A stretch of 41,107 nucleotides of DNA from a virus. This document shows positions 12,944 to 20,518 of the stretch, piece after piece. The stretch lies in IMG/VR virus record IMGVR_UViG_3300045988_093172; one strand, given 5' to 3'. A program made the position numbers and the translations under genes. Below the pieces are notes generated by a model. The model was not told the origin of the DNA, ran no database searches, and saw only the letters and a list, made by a program, of their open reading frames with translations. Numbering within the stretch: position 1 is the first letter of the stretch; the number at the start of each line of letters is the position of its first letter.

Positions 12944-14717
12944 TTTAACGAAAGAACAGATTGAAGAAAAAATTAAATACATCGACCACTATATCCACAG
13001 CCAGAATAGTGCAAGTGGTTCTTTAGTGGATGCTAATGCCAATGTAGACACAAAGAATATTGGTATCTTGGAAGCTGAGATGTATAAGCCTGATACCATT
13101 CAGGTAAATCGTGCTTTAGTACAGCGTAAACTCACGGAGATGTATGGTGAGAAGTTAGCTGAGAAGTACATTGAGGACATCGAAGAACATAGAATTTATA
13201 TCCATGATGAAACTTCCTTACGTCCTTACTGTGCGTCTATCACACTTTTCCCCTTCCTACTCCATGGTACGAAACCGCTGGGAGGCACAAGTGAAGCACC
13301 AAAGAACATCCATAGTTTCTGTGGCTCCTTTGTCAACCTTGTATATCAGGTGGCTTCTGGATTCGCAGGGGCAATCGCTACGGTAGAGTTCCTTTTGTAC
13401 TTTGATTATTTTGCAAAGAAGACATGGGGAGATGACTACATCGACTTGCATACAGCGGATGTTAGACAGTCTTTGCAGGGTGTCGTGTATGCCCTGAATC
13501 AGCCTGCTTCTGCTCGTGGTAATCAGAGTGTCTTCTGGAATATCTCGGTATTAGACCGTTTCTACTTTGAGCAGTTGTTTGGGGGCTTTAAGTTTCCCGA
13601 CGGGACACAGCCTGTATACGAAGGTACATTTCGCAAATTGCAGATGTTCTTTATGGAATGGTTCAGACAAGAGCGAGAACGTGCGTTACTCACGTATCCC
13701 GTACTGACCGCTTCCCTCTTGGTGGATGCTGAAGGGAAACCGAAAGACAAACATTTTGCATGGGCATGTGCTGAGGAAATGTCTAAGGGCTTGAGCTTCT
13801 TTGTCTATGAGAGTGATAGCGTAGACTCTTTGTCTTCCTGCTGTCGCTTGCGTAACGAGTTCACGGACAACACATTCTCCTATACATTGGGTGCAGGTGG
13901 GGTGTCTACAGGTTCCGTACAGGTCATCACGATCAATATGAATCGTTATGTACAGACAAAGGAAGAAGCGTTTTCAAAGTTACTTGGACGAGTCCATATG
14001 TACCTCTTGGCTCACAGAGCTGTCATCGAGGACTACATTGAAGGTGGCTTGCTTCCTGCTTACTCTACAGGATTTATTAGCTTAGACAAGCAGTTTTGCA
14101 CCATTGGTATTAATGGGATGCTGGAAGCGTCTGAGTTTGAACGAGGTAAAGCCGACACAACCTTCTTCTCTCAGTATCTCAAGGAAATTTATGATAATAA
14201 CAAAGAGTGGAAGAAGCTGACAGGTGTTAAGTTTAATACTGAATTTGTCCCTGCCGAAAACCTCGGTGTCAAAAACGCAAAGTGGGACAAAGAAGCTGGA
14301 TTGCAAGCTCCACGAGGATGTTACAACAGCTACTTCTTCCCTGTAGAAGACGATTCCTATAACATCATCGACAAACTGAGACTCCATGGAAAGGAAAATA
14401 CGCAGTGGCTTGATGGTGGTTCTGCTTGTCATCTCAATCTGGAACAGCTTATGTCTAAGGAGCAGGCGTATGACCTGATTTGTATGGCAGGGAAGCTGGG
14501 AGTCAATTATTGGACATTTAACGTTCTCATGACGTTGTGTAATGACTGTGGTTTCATCAATGTCAATACGGAAAATCACTGTACAAAGTGTGGCTCCAAA
14601 GACATTGACTATGCGACACGAGTCATTGGGTATCTGAAGCGTATTTCTAGTTTCTCCACAGAAAGACAAAAAGAAGCTGGGTTACGTATCTACAATAAGG
14701 CAGGTGATAGTGATTGA
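12930..14717 (+). CDS. nrdD: Anaerobic ribonucleoside-triphosphate reductase (class III, NrdD)
   Basis: The C-terminal Zn site CNDCGF...CTKCGS is followed by the glycyl-radical motif RVIGYLKRI. At 595 aa it is similar in size to phage T4 NrdD. Confidence 0.9.
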   Translation: MPLLNLTKEQIEEKIKYIDHYIHSQNSASGSLVDANANVDTKNIGILEAEMYKPDTIQVNRALVQRKLTEMYGEKLAEKYIEDIEEHRIYIHDETSLRPYCASITLFPFLLHGTKPLGGTSEAPKNIHSFCGSFVNLVYQVASGFAGAIATVEFLLYFDYFAKKTWGDDYIDLHTADVRQSLQGVVYALNQPASARGNQSVFWNISVLDRFYFEQLFGGFKFPDGTQPVYEGTFRKLQMFFMEWFRQERERALLTYPVLTASLLVDAEGKPKDKHFAWACAEEMSKGLSFFVYESDSVDSLSSCCRLRNEFTDNTFSYTLGAGGVSTGSVQVITINMNRYVQTKEEAFSKLLGRVHMYLLAHRAVIEDYIEGGLLPAYSTGFISLDKQFCTIGINGMLEASEFERGKADTTFFSQYLKEIYDNNKEWKKLTGVKFNTEFVPAENLGVKNAKWDKEAGLQAPRGCYNSYFFPVEDDSYNIIDKLRLHGKENTQWLDGGSACHLNLEQLMSKEQAYDLICMAGKLGVNYWTFNVLMTLCNDCGFINVNTENHCTKCGSKDIDYATRVIGYLKRISSFSTERQKEAGLRIYNKAGDSD

Positions 14718-14785
14718 AATTATTGAAAATCTTGAAGCGAGTGGAGACATATTGTCACAACAAGCGTGTCATTACGGCACATAAG

Positions 14786-14872
14786 ATGCTTGTTAAGGCA
14801 ACAGAAACCTTTACTAAACTCGAACAGGAGTACGCTAAAAAGATTGCGGAGTTAAAACAGTACACAGAATAG
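14786..14872 (+). CDS. Possible very small ORF (28 aa) between nrdD and the DNA polymerase gene
   Basis: MLVKATETFTKLEQEYAKKIAELKQYTE. It is below the ORF-track threshold, has no clear RBS, and is supported only by filling an otherwise 165-bp gap. Confidence 0.2.
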   Translation: MLVKATETFTKLEQEYAKKIAELKQYTE

Positions 14873-14882
14873 GAGTGATTTT

Positions 14883-16274
14883 GTGTTAATATTCGACATT
14901 GAAACAGACGGTTTGCTGGAGGATATGACAAAAATTCACTGTATGTGTATCAAGGACACCAAAGAGAATAAAATGCACAGGTTTAGACCTGACGAAGTAG
15001 AAGCAGGGGTGCGGATGCTAATGAATGGAGACACGATTTGTGGTCATAATATCATTGCATTTGACATTCCTGCTATCTCTAAGGTGTTTCCATGGTTCCA
15101 TATAGGGAAAGAAAAAGTAGTAGACACGTTGGTCTATGCTCGGTTGGTATTCTCTGAGATTAATTACATTGACAACAAGCTCACTCGAACAGGTGTCTTG
15201 CCTTCACGACTCTACGGGTCACATTCCTTAAAGGCTTATGGTTATCGGCTGGGAGTCCTCAAAGGAACCTATGCGAGTGACTATGAGGCAGAGGATGTTT
15301 GGGCAGTCTTCAATGAAGAGATGCTGGACTACAATGAGCAAGACGTTGTCGTCACCGAAGCATTATATAACAAATGTCGCAAGAAGAAGACAACGGTACA
15401 GGCCCTTGATTTGGAACATAAGGCACAATGGTTGATGCAGAAGATGGAGCAGAATGGCTTTACCTTTGACATGACTAAGGCTAAAAAGCTATTGTCTATC
15501 ATTCTCACAGAGCAGGAAAAAGTGTTATCTAAGTTGGCAGACAAATGCCCTAAGATACCTGACAAAGTGTTTGTCCCTAAGAGAGACAATGCGAAGATGG
15601 GATATAAGAAAGGCGTTCCCATTCAGAGATACAAGGAGTTTAACCCCAACAGTCGACAGCAAATCCTGTGGATTCTGAAAGATCACTATGGATACCCGTT
15701 CGACAATGAGGACATGTGGAATGACAACGGGAATGTACAGTTGAACGAAGAGACATTTAAGCTCATTCAGAAAGACCCGAAGGCTTCTGAAGAAGTCAAG
15801 GAGTTGGCAGAGCTATTCTCTACTAACTTATTACTGACTAAACGATTAGGACAGCTCAGGGATGGTAAAAATGGCTGGATGAAACTGGTGTCTTCTGACG
15901 GCCGCTTACATGGGCGAGTGAATCCCAATGGGGCCATTACAGGCAGAGCGACACACTCTCACCCTAATATTGCGCAGGTTCCCCATGTAGGCTCTCCCTA
16001 TGGGGCTGAGTGCCGTGAGTTATTCACGGTTCCCGATGGATGGTTTCAGGCTGGCGTGGATGCCTGTGGTCTGGAACTTAGGTGTCTGTCCCACTACTTA
16101 TATCCTTTTGACAACGGAGAGTATGCACATGAGTGTGTTGAAGGGGACATTCACACGAAGAATCAGCTGGCCGCAGGATTGCCAGAGAGAAACATGGCAA
16201 AGACGTTTAACTATATGGGCGTCTATAAACTCATTGAAAACGGTGAAACTCCCTATGGGACAATACCGTGCTAA
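14883..16274 (+). CDS. DNA polymerase (family A, T7 gp5-like), N-terminal segment: 3'-5' exonuclease and polymerase domain up to motif B. The last ~20 codons read into an insertion.
   Basis: GTG start with AGGAG 7 nt upstream. The Exo I motif is FDIETDG. The sequence ...PERNMAKTFNY matches T7 RDNAKTFIY (K522..Y526); homology is then lost (MGVYKLIENG...stop). Confidence 0.9.
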   Translation: MLIFDIETDGLLEDMTKIHCMCIKDTKENKMHRFRPDEVEAGVRMLMNGDTICGHNIIAFDIPAISKVFPWFHIGKEKVVDTLVYARLVFSEINYIDNKLTRTGVLPSRLYGSHSLKAYGYRLGVLKGTYASDYEAEDVWAVFNEEMLDYNEQDVVVTEALYNKCRKKKTTVQALDLEHKAQWLMQKMEQNGFTFDMTKAKKLLSIILTEQEKVLSKLADKCPKIPDKVFVPKRDNAKMGYKKGVPIQRYKEFNPNSRQQILWILKDHYGYPFDNEDMWNDNGNVQLNEETFKLIQKDPKASEEVKELAELFSTNLLLTKRLGQLRDGKNGWMKLVSSDGRLHGRVNPNGAITGRATHSHPNIAQVPHVGSPYGAECRELFTVPDGWFQAGVDACGLELRCLSHYLYPFDNGEYAHECVEGDIHTKNQLAAGLPERNMAKTFNYMGVYKLIENGETPYGTIPC

Positions 16275-16902
16275 GTTAGATAGGAGGGAAGGTTATTACA
16301 AGAGAAGAATATCTCAATAAGCTAATATGGGATTTTAATAAACCTAAATCTGAACAGACAGCAAATCCAACTAAGTATCCTCAAGGGAAGTTCAAAAAGA
16401 AAAAATGTAAATGCTGTAAGAAAGAATTTTCTCCTAAAGCACCTTCTGAACTCTACTGTTCTGACTTCTGTAAGGCATATGGAATTACTGAAGCATATTA
16501 CATGAGAACATATGGTATTTCATTAAAGGAATATTTGGATATGGCTGAACAACAGAACTTTGTCTGTGCAATTTGTGGCAAACCAAACTTCCCCATGAAA
16601 AGTATCCATAGTGGATGTTTAGTTGTTGACCACAATCATAAAACAAATAAGGTTAGGGGACTTCTCTGTCATAACTGTAATCGCGCTTTGGGCTTGCTAC
16701 AAGATAATACAGAAACCCTAGAAAGTGCTATTAACTATCTAAAAAGTGTAACGACTATTCCGAAAGGAAGTACCCTCAAGTGAGGGGAAGTGGTGAGTAC
16801 CTACAAAGGTAAAGAGATAGTCTGTTCTCTATAGTAATATAGAGCAGTTCATAAGAGAACGCTATGAGAGTAACGACCTCATGGGAACACAAAAACATAT
16901 AT
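16215..16902 (+). mobile_element. Roughly 690-bp insertion splitting the DNA polymerase gene at motif B and carrying an HNH endonuclease ORF. Candidate group I intron or free-standing homing-endonuclease insertion.
   Basis: Joining 16214 to 16903 restores AKTFNY|GFLYGAGDAKIG, colinear with T7 AKTFIYGFLYGAGDEKIG. Both flanks share AAC(T/A)TATATGGG. The boundaries are inferred from protein homology only, and the canonical intron-terminal G is not present at that junction. Confidence 0.6.
16502..16783 (+). CDS. HNH homing endonuclease (endonuclease VII-like). The ORF is probably longer at its 5' end, open from 16280.
   Basis: CAICGK...LVVDHNHKTNKVRGLLCHNCNRALGLLQDN is the Endonuclease_7/HNH signature. 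The in-frame upstream sequence encodes a Cys-rich segment (KCKCCKKEF...YCSDFCKAYG). AGGAGG at 16282-16287 is followed 7 nt later by ATT at 16295. Confidence 0.85.
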   Translation: MRTYGISLKEYLDMAEQQNFVCAICGKPNFPMKSIHSGCLVVDHNHKTNKVRGLLCHNCNRALGLLQDNTETLESAINYLKSVTTIPKGSTLK

Positions 16903-17424
16903 GGGTTCCTCTACGGTGCAGGGGATGCAAAGATTGGAGAGATTGTTGGGGGTACAGCGGAGCATGGTGCAGAACTACGGAAGAAGTTCTTGAAAGCCAC
17001 TCCTGCTATTAAAAAGCTCCAACAGAGTGTTAAAAACCTTTTGTCTACATACAACGTGGAAATGAGACAAAGGGAGTGGAAGACACGTTATTTGAAGGGT
17101 TTGGATGGTCGCTTACTTTATACTCGGTCAATCCACAGTGCGCTGAATCTCTTGCTACAGTCGGCAGGGGCTATCGTCTGTAAATACTGGATTGTACGTA
17201 CAGAGGAACGCTTACTGAACCTTGGTTTAGATCATGGTAAGGATTTTCAGCTCATGGCATGGGTACACGATGAACAGCAGATTGCCTGCCGTACTGAAGG
17301 TATTGCTGAAATTGTCGTTAGAGAAGCCCAACAGGCTATGAGAGACACACAGCACTATTTCAACTTCAGGTGTCAATTAGATACTGAAGGTAAGATTGGT
17401 AAGAATTGGGCAGATTGCCATTAG
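16864..17424 (+). CDS. DNA polymerase (family A), C-terminal segment: rest of motif B and motif C
   Basis: ...IYGFLYGAGDAKIGEIVGG and AWVHDEQQIACR match T7 YGFLYGAGDEKIG and VHDEIQV. There is no convincing RBS before ATG 16864, so the true exon probably starts near 16903. Confidence 0.85.
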   Translation: MRVTTSWEHKNIYGFLYGAGDAKIGEIVGGTAEHGAELRKKFLKATPAIKKLQQSVKNLLSTYNVEMRQREWKTRYLKGLDGRLLYTRSIHSALNLLLQSAGAIVCKYWIVRTEERLLNLGLDHGKDFQLMAWVHDEQQIACRTEGIAEIVVREAQQAMRDTQHYFNFRCQLDTEGKIGKNWADCH

Positions 17425-17441
17425 GAACAGGAGGAAACAAT

Positions 17442-18101
17442 ATGAAATTTGAAGATGCAAAAGTAGGTATGGAAGTTGTGGTTACAGGGGAACAGGCTGA
17501 TCGTTTCCCTGAAGGTGCAGTAATTGTGGAGGTAGACAAAAGGGATTTCTCGGTTAAATTGGAAGGTGAATATGGGGTAACTTTATGGTTCTGGGATATT
17601 AACTCCCGTGAACCTGAATCACAACGAAATGCTTATGATATGTCTGACATCCATTTAAAAGACGGTGGATTCAGAAAACTGCCTCCCACGACACTCCTTC
17701 TTGCAGAATATTTAGGACTTGACCCTGAAAAAGTGAAGTGCTATGTAGACAAAGAAAACTACACTATCAAGGTGAAGCAGGATGACGTAGAAGCAAAAGC
17801 AAAGAAGGCTCCGCAAGACAAATGGGATTTCCGTTTAGGTATGGGATTGGCTCTTTGTCGCCTGAAGGAAAAGCTGGCTGAACCTCGTAAACCTGCTTTT
17901 ATGGAGCCGTGCCACTATATATTAAAAGATGGGTTAGTTAATTTCACGACTATGGGACTTAGTGAAGATTTCATTCAGGACTCTGTTATGTATGCCATGG
18001 GTAACGTCTTCAAAACACAGAAGGAAGCAGAAGATAATACTGAAGAAATGCTGAAACGGGCCAATATGATTATTGAGTTTTGCCAGAAGCAAGGGTGGTA
18101 A
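17442..18101 (+). CDS. Hypothetical protein (219 aa)
   Basis: Start moved from 17406 to ATG 17442 (RBS AGGAGGAAA). I recognise no motif. Confidence 0.6.
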   Translation: MKFEDAKVGMEVVVTGEQADRFPEGAVIVEVDKRDFSVKLEGEYGVTLWFWDINSREPESQRNAYDMSDIHLKDGGFRKLPPTTLLLAEYLGLDPEKVKCYVDKENYTIKVKQDDVEAKAKKAPQDKWDFRLGMGLALCRLKEKLAEPRKPAFMEPCHYILKDGLVNFTTMGLSEDFIQDSVMYAMGNVFKTQKEAEDNTEEMLKRANMIIEFCQKQGW

Positions 18102-18105
18102 ATGA

Positions 18106-18279
18106 ATGAATAAATATCGTGTCCGCATTAATTACAATCGGGACTCTACGGTCATTGTAGAAGCTGACTCTATTGAAGAAGCTGAGATGATGGTAGACAA
18201 AGACCCCTTTGGATTCCCGTATGAAACGGACGAAGAGACACAAGAAGTTTATGTCGAGGAGGAATTAGGAAATGGATAA
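18106..18279 (+). CDS. Possible small acidic protein (57 aa), missing from the ORF track
   Basis: MNKYRVRINYNRDSTVIVEADSIEEAEMMVDKDPFGFPYETDEETQEVYVEEELGNG fills the 18102-18271 gap. GGTGG lies upstream, and the ORF overlaps the thyX start by 8 nt. Confidence 0.45.
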   Translation: MNKYRVRINYNRDSTVIVEADSIEEAEMMVDKDPFGFPYETDEETQEVYVEEELGNG

Positions 18280-18850
18280 TGTAAAACTTCTGTCTATGAC
18301 AGTTGACCCTTTAACTTTAATTCGTCGTGCCATGGGGGAATGTTACCAGCGTCCCCTTGGTGTAAAGACTGTGCAGAAAGCGATTGAGGCAGGTCATTTG
18401 TCTGTCCTCGAACATTGCTATGCGTCTTTTGAAATCACTGTGTCTACGTCAGTCTTACTCCAACTTACTCGACATCGACACCTGTCCTTTACGATACAGA
18501 GTTCGAGAGGCTGTGAGCTGAAGACATATCACAAGACGGGTATCGAATATATTGACAAACTGCTGGAGGAACACATGGCAGACTATGCTTATGTCTATCA
18601 GGAAGCTGTCAAGAAAGAAGATGCCGCTTACCTGTTGCCGAAGGGTGCTGAGTATACCTTGGTGATTACTGGCAATTTCCGTTCGTGGTACGAATATCTT
18701 CCTAAGCGTATGTGCAAGAGAGCGCAACAGGAACATCGACAGCTGGCTATGGAAATTCAGAAACAGTTGGCAAAGGCTTGCCCTGAGATTTTCGATAGAG
18801 ACTTCATGAAATGTGATATGTGTACAGAAAGGAGTTGTTCGTTTAGCTAA
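18272..18850 (+). CDS. thyX: Flavin-dependent thymidylate synthase ThyX
   Basis: Contains the ThyX signature RHRHLSFTIQSSR (RHRxxSxxxxSxR). Confidence 0.9.
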   Translation: MDNVKLLSMTVDPLTLIRRAMGECYQRPLGVKTVQKAIEAGHLSVLEHCYASFEITVSTSVLLQLTRHRHLSFTIQSSRGCELKTYHKTGIEYIDKLLEEHMADYAYVYQEAVKKEDAAYLLPKGAEYTLVITGNFRSWYEYLPKRMCKRAQQEHRQLAMEIQKQLAKACPEIFDRDFMKCDMCTERSCSFS

Positions 18851-19605
18851 TGATGAATTTGATTTTTGACGCTGACATGCTCCTCTTTGTCTCCTTGCTG
18901 GAGTGTGAGAAGCCTGTACATTGGGGCAACGACATCTGGACACTTCACTGTGATATGAGGGAAGCCACTACGTACTTCTCGAACTTTGCAAAGGAACTGT
19001 CTGACAAAATCCTTGACCACTATAAGTATACGGGAGAGTACCGATGGTTTATGTGCCTCACCGACAAAGATCATGTCAACTTCAGGAACGCAGAAGTGTT
19101 TGAAGATTACAAGGGGAATCGAACGAACAAGCGAAGACCTATCTGCTTCAACCCCATGCGTGAATGGATTCGTGAAAACTTTGTCTGCTACATGGAGCCT
19201 CATTTGGAGGCGGATGATTGCTGTGGACTTCTGACAAAAGAGCTGGAAGGCGATTATGTACTCGTAAGTGGAGACAAAGACTTTCGGGCTATTGAAGGAA
19301 AGTTCTATGATTTTATGCGGAACGAATACTTTGATACGACAAAGGAAGATGCCCGACGCTGGCATTTGAAACAGACAATCATGGGAGATACTACAGATAA
19401 CTATAAGGGAGCTTCTGGATTCGGAGAGGTAAAGACCACACGGCTCTTGGAAGAACTCGGTTATACGTGGGATACGGTCTTGAGAGCTTACAAAGGAGAT
19501 GCTAAGGAAGCTCTGAAGAACGCTCGCCTCGCTTACATCTTACATGAAAAGGGGGACTACGATTGGAAAACAGGGTCTATCAGGCTTTGGGAACCCGATT
19601 CATAG
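18850..19605 (+). CDS. 5'-3' exonuclease (T7 gp6-like, FEN/PIN fold)
   Basis: LIFDADMLLF, YKGNRTNKRRP, LEADDCCG, VSGDKDFRAI and WHLKQTIMGDTTDNYKGASGFGE parallel T7 gp6 MDGDWLVF, YKANRKAVKKP, LEGDDVMG, ISCDKDFKTI and WHLFQTIKGDITDGYSGIAGWGD. Confidence 0.9.
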   Translation: MMNLIFDADMLLFVSLLECEKPVHWGNDIWTLHCDMREATTYFSNFAKELSDKILDHYKYTGEYRWFMCLTDKDHVNFRNAEVFEDYKGNRTNKRRPICFNPMREWIRENFVCYMEPHLEADDCCGLLTKELEGDYVLVSGDKDFRAIEGKFYDFMRNEYFDTTKEDARRWHLKQTIMGDTTDNYKGASGFGEVKTTRLLEELGYTWDTVLRAYKGDAKEALKNARLAYILHEKGDYDWKTGSIRLWEPDS

Positions 19606-20054
19606 TACGATATGGGGAAGCTGTAGAAAGAGCTTATGAAGTCGCTGAGAGGATGTGGAAACTTAGACATAATAATTCACTATGTGAAAAGTTTGGAGAC
19701 AAAGATTGCGTGTGGATGACCATTAGTGAACTGAATAAGACAAAGAACATTGCCTACTTCTACACAGAAGATGGTGAGTTTGTCGGTGCAGTTGCTTTTG
19801 TCTTGAACACAGACTTTGCATGGTGGGCAGATAACTTGAGGGTACTTGAGGAAGTCTTTGTTGTGTCTATGAATCCTAAATATGCAGGGTTTGGCAGGGT
19901 TGCGGCTCAGTTCCTCAAGGATATGGGAGATGCCAATAACTGTGCTTTTGTCTACGCAGGGGCATTTCTTGGTAAAAATAATAGCTATACGAAGGTAGGA
20001 TATTCTAAGGAGTATCCTACTTTTGTCTATATGGGAGGTGCTGATGATGCATAA
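19563..20054 (+). CDS. Hypothetical protein, possibly a GNAT-type acetyltransferase; start uncertain
   Basis: GAVAFVL...LEEVFVVSMNPKYAGFGRVAAQFL loosely resembles GNAT motif A (..G.G....L). The track start is TTG 19563, overlapping the exonuclease gene by 43 nt; alternative starts exist downstream. Confidence 0.4.
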   Translation: MENRVYQALGTRFIVRYGEAVERAYEVAERMWKLRHNNSLCEKFGDKDCVWMTISELNKTKNIAYFYTEDGEFVGAVAFVLNTDFAWWADNLRVLEEVFVVSMNPKYAGFGRVAAQFLKDMGDANNCAFVYAGAFLGKNNSYTKVGYSKEYPTFVYMGGADDA

Positions 20055-20229
20055 AGAAGACACATTAGCAGATTTGGAACTCATGACCTCCCCTGAACTC
20101 GTGGGATGTTTGAGGGAATACTTTGATGTAGATTACTTCTTGACTACCTCTATTCAAGCAGATAAATTACCTGCCTATATGAGAGGTGTCTATGCAGTAA
20201 TTAATTTATTAGAAAGGGTTGGTGATTAA
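20044..20229 (+). CDS. Small hypothetical protein (61 aa)
   Basis: ATG 20044 is preceded by GGGAGG with a 5-nt spacing. I prefer it to the 20023 start in the track. Confidence 0.45.
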   Translation: MMHKEDTLADLELMTSPELVGCLREYFDVDYFLTTSIQADKLPAYMRGVYAVINLLERVGD

Positions 20230-20518
20230 TTTGAGTGGTGGTATTGGTAGAGCAATCAAAAGAGTTGTGTCTGCCCCATTTAAGGCTGTTGGTAAAGTCC
20301 TTGGTGTTGGTGGCTCCCAGACTGTCAACGTGTCTGCTCCCGATGTATCAGCGGCACAGGTGGTTCCCAGTACAGCGGCGGCGGCTCCTGAAGCTCCTGT
20401 ATTGGGTACAGAGAATACGACACAAGACAAAAAGAAGAAGAAAGGGAAGTCCCGCTTGCTCATCAACAACGACAACCAGTCTTCCAATAGCTCTGGTTAC
20501 TCTGGACTGAATATCTAA
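20219..20518 (+). CDS. T7 gp7.3-like small virion/tail-assembly protein (99 aa)
   Basis: It has the same length and position as T7 gp7.3 (immediately upstream of the portal gene) and similar composition: a basic N-terminus, an A/V/P-rich centre, a KKKKKGK patch, and a C-terminus ...SGYSGLNI versus T7 ...SSGGGINI (from memory). The start is non-ATG (TTG/GTG at 20219-20224). Confidence 0.55.
   Translation: MVINLSGGIGRAIKRVVSAPFKAVGKVLGVGGSQTVNVSAPDVSAAQVVPSTAAAAPEAPVLGTENTTQDKKKKKGKSRLLINNDNQSSNSSGYSGLNI

Noticed and set aside
14082-14669. 195-aa minus-strand ORF inside nrdD.
   Set aside because: It is antisense to the conserved C-terminal glycyl-radical region of NrdD, so it is a shadow ORF.
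14740-14765. GACATATTGTCACAACAAGCG upstream of the DNA polymerase gene, a possible phage promoter.
   Set aside because: Only the 8-mer TTGTCACA matches. Both the AT-rich upstream part and the CATACAGAGGA part are absent.
18455-19365. Two minus-strand ORFs of 162 and 172 aa overlapping thyX and the exonuclease gene.
   Set aside because: The plus-strand products carry unmistakable ThyX (RHRxxSxxxxSxR) and T7 gp6 motifs. The antisense products have no motifs and no RBS.
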